Shown here: piece after piece, positions 21,853 to 35,300 of the stretch
Layout of the letters: every line of letters begins with the position of its first letter
How positions within the stretch are numbered: position 1 is the first letter of the stretch
Source of the DNA: Klebsormidium nitens
Lineage: Eukaryota > Plantae > Klebsormidiophyceae
DNA length: 39,035 nt
NCBI GenBank assembly: GCA_000708835.1
Contig: DF237682.1
Location: forward strand, 1-39,035
Reading direction: 5' to 3'
Notes under the pieces: model-generated
Seen by the model: only the letters and a program-made list of their open reading frames with translations
Databases searched by the model: none
Told to the model about the DNA's origin: nothing
Translations under genes and position numbers: made by a program

Positions 21853-24800
21853 ATGGACAGCACCAATGGCCGTACGCGAATCACCATTGATCTTACCGAC
21901 GACGACGAGGTGAAGACTATCGTTGAACCTGCTGGCCACTCCTGGAAAATGAGCGGGGTCACTGAGGAGCTGTCACCAGCATCTGGCAGCTTCAAGTATT
22001 CAGCCGTCTCGCTTGCAGGGCGCAACCCTAGGGAGAGGGATGGTGCAGGCAGTGGCCCCTCATGTAGCCAGCAAGAGTGGCCGGCGAGTGGCAGCCCCCT
22101 GAATAGAGCAGAAGGCGATCCCGCTGGGGAGTCCAGCAGTCCACCAGTCCTTTCACAGGAGGTGCGCGACAGGATTGCTAGGAACAAAGCAGATGCGCTT
22201 GCGAGAAGAGCTGCAGCGATGCGGAAGAGCGCAGAGCTGCCAGGTGAGGCAAGCCACTTTTGACGCCTGATGCAGTCTGGCAGCAGCATGCATAAATGAT
22301 CACCACGTATTGCGTCATTCAAGAGATGTAGCTGCTGCCCCTGCAATGCAACAGTTCACAGCACCACCTTGCAGTCTACTTAAATCATTCTTTAGAATAC
22401 TTACAAGGAGCTCACATTCTAATAAGAACGAAGCTAACACCAAGACATTGTAACCTGCTCGACACCAGTATCCAGCCTAAACCCCCTGTCCCAGTAGTAT
22501 AACCTGCGCTTATTATCGTAATACTAATATAGAGACCCATTCTAATTATTAGTTTTATGCTGCAGCTGGGACTTCGGGGCAGTGGCAATCTGCCAAGCGG
22601 AGCAGTGACCTTTCATTTGAGCAACTTGGACCACCAGTCAATAAAAGGAATGGGGCCGCCCATGGAGCGTCAACCTCTACGTGGGAGCCACCAGCCCCAA
22701 CAGAGGACGTGGCAGAGGCATCCAAGCCCCGCATCATCCTCTCAGCCCAGCAGATCAATGTGCTGGAAACCTTGCGGAAGAGAGAGTACGGCCCTTATGC
22801 TTCACAGCTTGCAAGATGACTTTCTTGCTGCCAAGCTGTGATGAACTGGAGCAGTAGTGCTGAGTGTGAGGCAACGAGAAAACGTCAGCCAAGTGCTGGT
22901 GCAGCATGTTGAAGTTGTTGCTTCTCAGTATCTTGTCTTCTTGCCGCTTTGAATTGCATGGTCTTCAGTTGGTCAGGTGACTCGTTTCTAAAAGCTGCCA
23001 CAGTTTGGGTCACCGGACATCGAAGAAGGTGAACAAATATTGCGAGAGGCAGTAATAAATCACGGTCGAGATAGAAGGCGTATGGGAAAAGGCCAATCTA
23101 ACATGCTCAACATAATTCTGTTGCAGATCGGTGTTTCTCACCGGCAGTGCAGGAACAGGTATAGAATCTGCCCAACCCTTGTCTTCCTTATTGCAAGCCT
23201 TCTCGAGGCACCTTACTTGCCTTCTCGAGGCTCCTTCATCCTCAAACTCCGTATCAAGGAAGCGTCTGATTGGCCGTCAAACTCACTGCCAGCAATGATG
23301 TAGAAGTGGCTCGATTGTAGTATGCTTTTCGTTTGATCTCAAACTTGCGAGTGTCAGGCTTCAACGGTAAAGCATAGGATGTGCTAGCTTGTGAGAGAAC
23401 TTTCAATGAGTATATTGCGTCTCCTTTGTCATTGCAACACCATTACTGCTTTTGACAGATCTCCACTCTCCTCAACACAATCTGATTTTGCAGGGAAGTC
23501 TGAGCTCCTCAAGCATGCCATTAAGCTCATGAAGTCGATGTACCAAGATGCGAACGTCTTTGTCACGGCAAGCACAGGCATAGCAGCTGTCCATATCAAT
23601 GGTAAGCGCTTGCGCTCGAAATCGTATAGTTCGGCCTTCTGCAATCCGTAAGAAAGTGTTGCAAGGCCTGCTTACTACTCAAGTTCTAAGATGAAGCATA
23701 TATCTGCTTGAGCTCGCTCATATGAAGGCTTGTCCAGCAAATAACTCACGCCTCCGCCTGGACTGTCTTAACAGGTCCCATCGCTATTATGAGCAAGCAG
23801 CATCGCAGAGTAGGGTGTTTATGAAACTGACTTCATCTTGCTCTTCTCAGGAACAACACTGCACTCCTTCGCTGGCATTGGCTTGGGGAAGGATAGCAGA
23901 GCAACGCTGGTGATGAAAGCAAGCCGGAGGGAAGCACAACAACGATGGCTACGAGCAAAAGCGTGAGAACTCCCGCATTTACAGCCCCACTTTTAGCGAT
24001 TGCAGCATTAATGCAGTGCCTTGAAATTCTCTATGTTTTCTTGACGGTTGAATACATTGGTCGCTTTCGAAAGTTGGAAATAATGGTCGAGGAGAACTTA
24101 AGGATTGTTTACAAGCCCGCAAATACTGTTATTTTGCAGCCTGATCTGCGACGAAATCAGCATGGTCGATGCCGACTTTCTGGACACTCTCGAGTACATT
24201 GCACGGAAGGTTCGGCGGAACGAGGAGCCGTTCGGGGGCATCCAACTCATCTTCTCAGGTGAGCTCCCCGGTCAGAGCATACCGACATCGTCGCACTTGA
24301 GCGCACGTGTCCTGATAACGTTCTCACGAGTGGGCTGTCAGGCCGCCCTCTTTTACGCCAGTTGACGGTATATGTACCGCAAAAAGAACACGTGTGTTTT
24401 GTATTAGATAAAAGCAATGCCTGTAAACGAACCCTGCAGGCGACTTTTACCAGCTGCCCCCAGTGTCAAAGGACGGGAAGAAGATGTTCGCTTTCGAGTC
24501 AGACTGCTGGAAGAAGTGTATCAAGCTGGAGGTGAGGCCCCCTTATCTGGATACGGCCTGCAATGCTCCTACAATACTTGGTCCGACTGCTGCATCAGAC
24601 TAAACTTTATCTACGCGCTTATGAAATCGAGCTTTCAAGGGCTTGTTTGAGATTAAAGCAAAGCGTGTACCTAATACCTCGTGGTTCTTGTCAGATTGTA
24701 GAGATCCAGACGAGGATCCACAACATGGGCGTAGACCGTCTAGGCCGTCATACCGATGGATCACTGGAACTTGACGGCGACAGAAATCCCAAAGTTATCC

Positions 24801-27741
24801 TCCAATAGATCCCGTATTTCCTATTATTCTTATCAAATATTACACGCGAGCCCTCCATGTAGAGTCTGATTACCAGCCGAAAAGTTGCTGAAAGCATTCT
24901 CTTGAACGGTGCAGATGGAGCTGACCCACGTGTTTCGGCAAGAGGACGAGGCGTTCGTCAAGATCCTCAACGAGGTGCGCACGGGACAGATGTCGCACGG
25001 AACGATCCAGGCTCTCGAGAACTGCCGCGGGCCCCCACAAGGAGACCTGCGGGACGGGGTGGCGCTCACCCGACTATATCCGCACAACGTGAGCGCTCGT
25101 GATTGCCTCAAGTGGGATTGCGAGCTTCCTTGGATACTCTCCTTTTGGTCGGAAGACCGCATTCGATAAGAACAGGAGACAGAAGAGAACTTGGCAGCTA
25201 TAATGCTCCCCGGTTGGTTTTCTGCTTCAACGAACGCGAGCCGCGTTTTCGTGAGAGCTATAGATGGACGTCGAGAGAGCACGGTCCGCCTAGCTATCGT
25301 TTCCTCGGGTTGTTCAAAGAAATTTCGCCAGAAGACAGGCAGCTATACTTGTTTCTGCTTACGAGGTGGCAGTTATCCGTGACCATCAAGATCGGCTGGC
25401 TTCTTGTTTCGCACGATGCTAACGGATTGATCGATTGACTTGACAGGTCGACGTCAAGCACGAGAACGAGATGGAGCTGCGACAACTGCAAACGGAACGA
25501 GTGGTCTACGTCGCCCACGATTACTCGAGCAGCGACTTCCACAAACGGATGGTAAAGTGCCGACCCTCTCGTTTGCCACCTTCTTAGTGGATTATTCTTG
25601 CACCTGAGCCATCGGATAAGCTGGGCACGAGCCGATAGAAAGATATAAAGCGACATCGTTCGGGCGTCCTGGCTGGGCCAGTCAAGGTTTCGCCGAATAC
25701 CTTTTCGTTGTCCTATCGTTGATACTTGGCCTCCTCTCACATTTGATTCAGTTAGTCCCGCAGAAAGAGAGTGACTCGCGAAAAAAAGATGCATAAAAGA
25801 CTTTGGCTGTGACGCGACACGAGCCTGTGCCGCTGCACCAGAGCTCATGCTGACGTCACATGTCGCCTGTACAGCTGGACCACTTCCTCGCCGAGCAGCG
25901 GCTCGAGCTGTGCGAGGGGGCGCAAGTCATGCTGCTCAAGAACATCGAACCTTTGTACGTCGCCTCGTCCCTCGCTCCGTTGATCCATTCTTGATTGAGA
26001 CGAGCCACATTTCCAGGCTATGAAGAGCTGGGGCAATGGACAATTCAGCCGTTCGTGGCAGACAATGATCAATGCGTCCTTTGGTTTCGATGCAAACCGA
26101 ACTGCCCTGTCCAGCCATTAGCTGTCTTACAGTATCACCATTTGCGAGCGGTTGCTTCTTTCCTCTCTGTCAAACAGATCAATTGCTCCAACTGTATATT
26201 GAAGCTGATCCGTGATGTGCTGTTTCAATAATGCTACAGGCTGGGCCTCTGCAACGGTGCTCGCGGCAAGGTGCTAGGATTCACCGACGCCACTGACCCC
26301 GAGGAGGAAGCCGCACGGACAGAGCACGTCAAAATCGTTCCGCACGGACGTAAGCTCTCCACTTTCGTAACGACCGGAACGGCGGATTTCTGCCTCATAC
26401 CGTCTGTTCGCGCCCTATAAACCTGTTGTATTCAGCCGAGCTGGGCGGGCCCACATATTAATCGGTATCATTCTGCTACCATGTCGGTATCGTACCTACT
26501 CACGAGGAGGGTTTTAAACATTTTGAAACCCTCCTCGTGTTCGCGTATATGTGCATCTTCGTTCTGGTGAATGCGCGCTCTTTTCTGGGTCTTGAACCAT
26601 CCTTCAGGTCCCAAAATACTTGCTGGAATCATCCTTGCAGGCTTCCCTGTCGTCTACTTCCCAAACGGCGGCCCCCTTCCACCACCAGAAAAGGATGAAA
26701 AGGCGCAAGCGAAGCGGCCAGGGATGACCAAAGTGATCAGGCCCGAGTCTTGGAGTGTATCCTACAGCGCATCTGAGCTGCCTTCCTCCCATCTGCGTCC
26801 CCGTCTCTCTTGCATCTGCCCCTGGCACCACTACTTTTTCTTCAGAATAAGCTTTGCAAACTTCGGACTTTTGCGGCTTGACGAACCTTCTTTGAGTGAT
26901 ATGAGTGTCAAGAAGCGTCCTGGTTGTGCCTCTCTTTCTCCTTGACACCATCCGACAGAGCGTGGAGGGGAGCAGGGTCCTGGTGGAGCGGACGCAGATC
27001 CCGCTGAAGCTCAGCTGGGCGCTGTCCGTGCACAAGTGTCAAGGCATGACGCTGGACAGAGTCGAGACGGACCTCACGAAGGCCTTCGAAAAGGGCATGT
27101 GCTACGTGGCACTCTCGAGGGTGAGGCAGGACGCCACGTGTCCTTGAGCTCGTGTCTCTACTATCACGTCTCTGCCTGTGTGAGAGCGTTTCTCAGGGAG
27201 TCTCACATCGCGGTGCGGGAAACGGCCTGTGGTTGAGAAGCATAGGATTGCGGTCGAACAGCCACTTAGTTGAGCGGTAAACAGAAGCAAAGCAGAGGAA
27301 AGTATGAGGACCTTCACGCCAGTAGCAGCGGCCAGCTTGCAAAGCACGGCCCGCATACTTACGTGCTCAGTTCTTCGCGCCCTTTTGAGAGAACATTTTT
27401 TGTCACGTTTTCTTAGACAAGCGTCTTGTCCAGGTTCGCTCACCAGAGGGTCTGCGACTGACGGGCTTCGACCCTCGCAAGGTCAGAGTCGATGAGAAGG
27501 TGAGCTCGTTATCACTGACGTTTGGTAGTCGCTTCTTTGTACACTCAAAGAGCCGATCCCACAACGAGGCCATACATGTCGGTCGCTTTGTACTGTACTC
27601 GAGCGGCTCTAAGCTTGCAGCGGAACACGATTGGCCCAAGAGATGCTTGTTCAGATTTCGGGAATCAAATATCACGTGTGTCAAGTGCAGGTAAAGACGT
27701 TTTATGAGCGGTTGGCAGAAAAGGGTTCACGTGGAGGGTGA
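21853..27741 (+). CDS. PIF1: PIF1-family 5'-3' DNA helicase (SF1B), ~645 aa, 15 exons; 5' start not fully certain
   Basis: Exons 21853-22243, 22566-22785, 23127-23158, 23494-23601, 23851-23962, 24140-24258, 24440-24531, 24915-25088, 25447-25551, 25875-25954, 26240-26349, 26641-26756, 26959-27120, 27434-27499 and 27691-27741 join in phase (1938 nt). Motifs: [92 protein letters not shown]. Confidence 0.95.
26501..26539. repeat. Intronic hairpin with perfect 14-bp arms (PIF1 intron 11)
   Basis: CACGAGGAGGGTTT (26501-26514) and AAACCCTCCTCGTG (26526-26539) are exact reverse complements around an 11-nt loop. Confidence 0.9.
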
Positions 27742-29399
27742 GGACATGTGAGAAGTTTTTTACACATGAATGCGGAGACACTGCTTTCCTGACCTCCGCA
27801 TTGGCATTGTACATTTGACGGCTGGTTCCTTTGAATCACATGCACTTTGCTGGTTCCTTGAATTACTGGCACATACCCGCGCTTCCATCCTTACCAAGCG
27901 TGGTCAATGACGACGTAGCAATGGTATTCTGTGTCTCATGCATCGATCCATCATTTGACGTGGACGAGTTAGCATCCACTATGAAGACCGCAATTGTCCG
28001 TCGAATATTGAACGCACGAGTCTCGCATGCCAATGAGTCCAATGCTTGTCAGTTTTAGCATACATGGTAGACCGCCCGGGAGGGCGGTGGAGGCTTGCCT
28101 ATTATGTGGGGCGACCGGGCGGCTTTTACAAAGTGCGTCTTCTGCCAATTCCGGCAGATTCCATTTTTTGCCGATTCCGACCGGAACATACCCAAGTCTC
28201 ATACGGTGCGTACTGTAAGTTGTTTTGCGGTGCAGACCAGGTCACCAGGCTCTCCTCTGCCCGGGCACTTTGTCGCATCTTTACAAAAGTTTGGGTGCAA
28301 TGCTGATGGAGTCCACTGTAGTTAAGGGTATTTTAATTTCTATTTTCTACACTGAATGGCCGGGTTAAGCCGCAGTGTCAGCCGCTTGGCAGAGGTACCA
28401 ACTTCAACGTGGCACTTCCGCACGAGTTCGTAGATCTCGGAAGTTTACGTGGCAGCTCTACAAAAATTTGTTTGGAGAAATCGAGGGTGAATGTTACATC
28501 GTTACGTTAATTTGCGTCGGCCCACTCGCGTCCGCGTTCGATGCGTAGCATCAATTCACGAAGGCGCGCAGCCCAGTCTGTCCTTGGCCCCGGACCAGGT
28601 GTGGATCTTCAGGGGGATTTTGCGTACGTTTTCGTATCGAAGCACGGGCGATCGATAAACACTCCAGTCTCCCTCTCGTTATCTTCCGCAGAGCGGCGTC
28701 GTACAGCGTCGCCCGAAGAGCGGTTGGGACGAAACCAAAGGTTCGCATATTTACTTCGTAAATAAGGTGATTGCGAAGATGCTCTAGCTAGTACTAAATT
28801 AGCTAGTGGCTAAATAACATTAGGGCGACGATTCAAATATGCGTGCGCACCGGCCGCAGCATGTGAAATTACAATGATTCAAGCGGTCCAACTCTTGAGT
28901 ACTAAGTGAGGCCGGTCCTCAAAGCTAGGGATGCTAGTGCATTTGATCATTCCGGGGGCCACATCAAAATCGATCCATAAAGGCAAAATTACGGCCCTAC
29001 CTAAATACGTGGCATATGATCTGAAGGAGGGGGCAATCTAGCCGACTTTATCATCCCCTTTGCATGCAGGATCGACACGACATTGGCCCCTGAAACGATA
29101 TTCTGGCAAGCGGTTGATGTGCACCGACCTACAAGACCCCTAATTCCTGATGAGACTGTTGACCATCCGATGGACTTTCGTTGGCAAGCAATCAACGAAA
29201 ATACATTCTTTCAAAGCGATGCGCAACATCGACATTACCCCTGGCTAGACATCTGGGTTAGTTGGGGTTGCAAGACAAAAGCGATTCGACCTCTACACTA
29301 TAGCTAACCTGGCACTACTCTACCATCATTTCGATGTGACCCGAATATATTAGTTGCGCATGCAATCAACAAGCTTAAGATAACACAACTCGCTAGCTG

Positions 29400-32300
29400 C
29401 TACTCGGTGCTCCAAGAAATACCAGCCTCCATGATGTCGCTTTGTTGCGGTGTTTTGAGACCATCTTCGTTCCCTTCAACCACCGGAAACTCCTGTACGG
29501 GGTCCATTTTGAAAAAGCTGGCGGTTCCTCGGAACCGCATGGACGTCTGGCTGTGCCCCGTTGCCACAAGGCCTATTGTGTAGAGGGTCATCGGTCGAGA
29601 CGGTAGAGTTGGTACCTCCATGTCGCCCTGGAGCATCGCGATGCATTGTCGCATCGTCGGCCGTGTCGTCACCACCGTGTGCACACAGAACAAAGCTATC
29701 TGCAGACCGAAAAGCCCAAAGTAAGGGTAAGGGTAAGGGTTCTGATTGTTGTGGACCCACATACAATGATAGCTGGTTTGAGTTCTGACAAACCACCAGA
29801 TCTCACCCCAAAAATCAACACCTAAGACCACAGACGAAAGCACCCACCAAAAGCGATGGGTCTGAACCGAGGCTTCCGGCTTGCAGAAGAAGAGCGTATG
29901 AGCACATTAGGTATCAAATGACCAACCGCTGAAGCGGCTTACATCAACATAAAATGCAAGACTTACCCTCAGCACTCGCTCCATACTCTCCCAGTGCTTC
30001 TCAAAGTCCGGGTCAGCCGCCAGTCGTGGATCGACCAGACAGCGGAGCCTGCCCTGCTCAGCGACGATCCAAGCGTACTCGGGGAGAAAGACCTGTACGG
30101 AAGGTGTTACTCTCTGTACGGGCTGGTTTCTATCTCAAATTACGGAAGACTCTCCCTAGAGCTATTCTGGACTTTGGCAACAGGCAAACAGAATATGAAT
30201 TGGATCCCTGATCAGATTGATACTGTGTGGAGAGGGAGATTTTGGAGACTTAATAATCAAGCAGATGCGTAGAATGGCCACTTACAACGTCACTGAAAAC
30301 GTAAGGTTACTTCTTCGAATTGAAGCAACGCTTGAAGACAACAAACTACTACGCGAGTGTGCTTTCCTCCCCCCCCCCCCTTCCCTCCAATAGCAATAGA
30401 GACAGACGAACATCAAAGTGACTCTTTAGGAGTGACAGTGATAGAAGGTCTGCCCGTGTCTTCGTGTCAATGTGAAGTAGCAGCTCACCTCATCCTCTGG
30501 GAGACCAGCCTCCGTAGGCCTCCGACCAGAGATCAAAGTCAGCAACACGACCCCGTAGCTATACACGTCACTCTTCTCTGTCAGCTGGCTCGTTGCAACG
30601 TACTCGGGGGCCAGATATCCCCAAGTGCCCGCAATGCCTGCATAACCCCGTCCACCAGTCCAGTCACAAACAGAGCCCGAACTTGCAAGAAAGGCTCTGC
30701 AAAATGCTTCAGACCGGCAAAAGCGAAGCAGAAAAGCGGAATAGATTTGAGAGCACCTACAACGATTGGCATGCAAGTCAAGCAAGTCAGCTCTGTTTCG
30801 CAGCCAGCGTGACTTCTTTCTAATCGTGTAGAGTACGTAGGTCAGCAAAATCACCTGTGCTGATGTGGGTTGCCCCGTCGTCGGAGAATTTGGCCAGGCC
30901 AAAGTCGCACACTTTGGCGTCAAACTGCTTGTCCAACAAGATGTTGCTCGGCTTCACGTCTCGATGGATGATCTTCGGGCTGCAGTCCTGTGGGACAAGA
31001 AAGGCACGAACCACTTGAGTTGAGTAAGAAGAGGAAGATGTGCATGGTTTCCAACGCAGGTAAATCGACTTTTTGATCCGAGTCTGCCCAAGCGACGATC
31101 GGCATAAGTGCTCACCGGCGCCCTGCTTTCTTTGCTTGCAGCACCCTTCGGTACGTTACACAACGTGGCGAAACTTCCAGGGTAGCATTGCTGACGCACC
31201 TACGGTATGAGTCAACAAGTATGGTGCAAGGGAACGATGCCAAAACTCTCATTCAAGAGCCACAAGCGCGTCACTCCGATCATGACCGCTGTCAAGCAAA
31301 TTTTGGGATGTGGAACATGGAAAAGTATCAACAACTGTAATCAGCGTTCAGAAGCGAGTGTTTAAACTCACTGAGCCCACATGCTCGTGTAAGATGCTTA
31401 CCTCGTGGAGATACGTCAGCCCTTTTGCCGTGCCCACAGCGATCTTCAGCCGCATCTGCCAGGTCAAAAAGACCGGGTTTCCCCTCCCTTCCACCTTCTC
31501 CGCATCTGCCAGCGGAACATACAAGTGGTCCTCCAGGCTGCCATTCACCATGTACTCGTACACGAGCACAAAGTGGTTGTCCGAGACGCAAACACCAAGG
31601 AGCTGCACCAGGTGCTTGTGTCTGCACCGAGACATCGACTCCACTTCGTTCCCGAACTCCTGCAAGGCAAGGACAATCAGCAATCAGAAAGCAGCACCTT
31701 CTGCTTTGATTGTGATGACATTGGGGTTTGACTTCAAGGGCCGAACAATAGCAACAGTCTAGAGCGGTTTGCTGTAACCAGAGACGTGCCGAAAAGAGCG
31801 AGTTGTGATTCAAGATTTCTCATGGGAGCAGATGACTGATCTGCAATTTTGCAAGTCGTTCAAAACCTGCTAGCAGACAGTCAGCCAAGCTTCGGCTGAC
31901 TGTAGCAAACAACGTAGATTAGAATACCGTTTCAGAGTACATTCTCAAGGCGAACTGCTGCAGTTCAGAGTACAATGAGGTACAATGAGGTAGTAAATTC
32001 ACCGTCATCAATTTGCCTTCCTTTGTGAATACTATCACCAACTGCCTAGAAGCCCAGGAGCCAGAGAAAGGCATGCAGCTACTAGAAGAACGAAGTTGCG
32101 GAATAACCTACCCTCGAACCCGCCTTCGTCCTTCCCACCACGATCTTCTTCACCGCGACCATCCCACCGGAGCGCGGCAGATCCCCAAGATAGACATACC
32201 CGGAGCCCCCTCTCCCTAGCAGCCGCTTTGGAGAAAAGTATTGAGTCGCCCGCTTAAGCTCGTTGTAGCTATACACGATGATCTGGGAGTTTGAGTAGTT

Positions 32301-35300
32301 CTCGGAGCCCCCAAGCGACAAACTCCTTGACAGCGACTTTTGCTCGTAGAATGACCATCCCAGGACTTTCTTTTTCCGGCACAGTCCCAGCCACGCCGAC
32401 ACTACAACCAACACGGTGACCACTACAGCTCCGCCTACTGCTAAGGCCACAATAAGCTTTGTGCCTACTGGCCTGCCAGACCTAGACAGCGAGCCCAGGG
32501 CGGTAGCATTCAACTCAGCAAGGGCAGTTTCGTTGACTCCTAATCGAAGGGGGTCTGGCAACACGATGTAACAGGTCAGCCGATCCGTGGCCTCCACGAG
32601 GTTGGCCTGCTCTGCCATGTACTTTATGTTGATGTACACGATGCACGCGAAGATGGCATCGGGAGATGCGAGCTCGGAGCCCATGGCAATGAGGTCGGTG
32701 GTGCAATTGGCGTTGCAAGTCCCTGGGCTGCACTCAGCCTCCAGCTCTGTAAGGTAAGAGCTGGGGAACGTCGCGCCGTTGTAAAAGGTGTACTCGTTGC
32801 AAGCCTGGGGTGTAAGGAAGTAGGAGCCAGACAGTTGACAAGTGTCCAGAATGGAGGGGTCGACGCCTTGCTGGGAAAGCTGGTCCCTGAAAGACTGCTG
32901 GCACGCGTCTAGTTGATCCTGCATCACCCATGAAAGAACCAGAACTTAGTTGAATGTGGACAACCGACAACTTGCGAGAAAGGTCACTGCCAGCATTGAC
33001 CTCCACTGCACCAAACCAAACGCATGGCATCCGCCTGTCAAGCATTCTTAGACTCGTACTGCAAATGCACACATCTGCTGTACGGAGGATAAAGTGACTC
33101 CGGATACTTAGAAACTGGTGGGGCCTTCTTACAAGTCTGGCGGCCATAGCCTATCTAAGATAGCCAGACCTCTATTTCCAGAGCTCCCCCCTTGATCTCT
33201 CGAAACAGCTCCTGTGGTGTTGCCCCAGTCCTACAAACTCAAAAGCAAACCAGACGACTGCAACTACACCGTGATGCCTGGCATGAAGCCGGCAGCAGAT
33301 GTGCCTCAAAGCAGCACCAGTGAAAGCAACTCAGATCCTTACCTGTGGCAGGGGACCCGCTTTGCTCTCCTCTCGGTAGGTGAGTATCTGAGCAAGCATG
33401 CCGATCATGACGTGGCAGCACCGCTCATAATGATACGCCTCAGGCCCACAGCTCCGGCGGACTGCAGAGAAGTCCAGGATCTGCCACGGAGTGGCCGTGC
33501 AGGTCGACTTCTGAACCAGTGGGGCGTAGTCTGCACCCCAGGAACACCTGGCAATGCCGTTCCCGACAATGCTTGGGACGGAACTTGCAACCATGGCCAC
33601 TGTGGCCAGTTCTGCACCAGGGAAAACTGGAACTTCAGATCGGACCAAAAAGAAGGACCAGGGAAAGTCTCGTGTCGCCCCAATCCAAAGAACGCACAAG
33701 CACGGTACTGGTGTCGTGGAATGTCATCCTGCTCTTGGTGACGCTCAGCATAAGGCCCTGATGGAGAAAGTATTTGGGGGTGTTCAACAACGTGCCCTCA
33801 GCTCTTTGCTTACGTCTGCCCGTATTAATTGATCATAAGCCGGTGCGGACCCCAGCACAAACAATGAGACACGGTCCTCTGAAAATGCAAAACTGCAAAG
33901 ATGTTTAGGAAAGGGAGACGACTGGCAGTGGGGTCTCACCTTGGCAGGGGGCCGTGGCGAGCAGGCCATCATCCTCTGGATTGCTGGTGGTCAGAGAGAG
34001 AAACCGCTCGGTCTTGGCGTTGGCACATGCACTGCAATTGGTGCTCCGGAAGCAGCTATTAATCACCCCTCTATCTGCAAACAGGAATGCACGACAGCTC
34101 AATGTAATAGGAAGTTGCGACGCAGCTTGGAAATCACATTTCGTCCCAAAATAAAGTCTAATCTGCGGTGTGAGACAGCGGCACATAACTCATCCGAGAA
34201 AATGCTGTTGAGTTGCTTCAAACCAGAGTTGGACGAAGATGAAGAAGCCCGCCTTACAGACTATGCATAAATGAAGCATTGGGACTTGTCAAAACACGGC
34301 TACTCATCGCCGGTAAGATAAGAACGAATCGCTGCGAGAAACACTGCGGTCATGCCAATGTTGCCTGCAGTGGACGACAGTTGCAAGCCCCTGCCAGCAG
34401 CTTTTCGTCGCAAGTTGCAAGCTGAAAATATATCCACATTGATTCCATCAAGTGGCCCTTTTATGGACTCACATACTCGTCCTGCTGATCACTGAAGGCA
34501 AGCTGGCAGGCATTGCGGACTGGTTCCGTTTTCCAACTCAGAGGATTACAGACCTTCTAGAGCACCCATGCAAGTGTCTGGACAAGAGACAACTTTCATT
34601 GGGCGGGAGCAAAAGGGCGCCATATTGATCAGGTAGACGAATTCAGTACCTGGGAAACTCCGGTTGGCTGCAAAATAGAAGTCCCTCAGAGTGACAAGAC
34701 TGGTGCCGCAGGCGGGAGCCGAGATCCGAGACGTCGTGATGTTGCAAGTCGCCAAGAGCATTTCTGCATTGCTTACGGTCACACCCTTGAGCGCGACAAC
34801 CAAAGTCTGCAGAGGAGACGAGAAATGAGACCTTGAAAGTCCTCACAGCATCAACCAAATGTCTCGTGTGTAAGAGGGGAAGACATCAAGATGCTGGTCA
34901 GTCTTCCACGAAAGCCTTCGAAACTTGAATTGAAGCACGACTCTCCCGGTTGGATCGACCACTTTGGCACAATCACCAAGTAGACAACCGCTCCAAAACA
35001 TTCGCAAGCTTCAGTGACCCAGACCACACACGAGGTGCTCGCTCAACTGCACTGCTGTGTCCTTCTCAGCCCAGAAACTCACCTGGAAGCATACATCTGC
35101 AACTTCACTTGACACCAAAAGGTTTCCCGTCTTGTTTGCATACCGGGCCTGTGCTAGACCGAGGATCCCCGCCGTTTTGCTGCAGCAGGACCCCTGAGGA
35201 GCTGTCCCCTGTGCAAAGACTGCAAAAAGAAATCATGGTCACTAACAGAACCATTAATCTTTTGTTAGATCAAGGCAAAACAGAATTTGCCCAAAATGTT

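Noticed and set aside
21853-27741. PIF1 as a Helitron RepHel helicase
   Set aside because: No Rep/HUH domain or Helitron termini are present. The gene is intact with 15 exons, a Pif1 core and host-type interaction motifs.
28400-28455. Two ACGTGGC (ABRE/G-box-like) motifs
   Set aside because: They lie between the 3' ends of convergent genes with no identified downstream gene, and such short motifs occur by chance.
28950-29310. ORF 29083-29307 as a fifth gene
   Set aside because: It lacks a convincing start or upstream exon and has no recognisable homology. It may be a decayed fragment or the kinase 3' UTR antisense.
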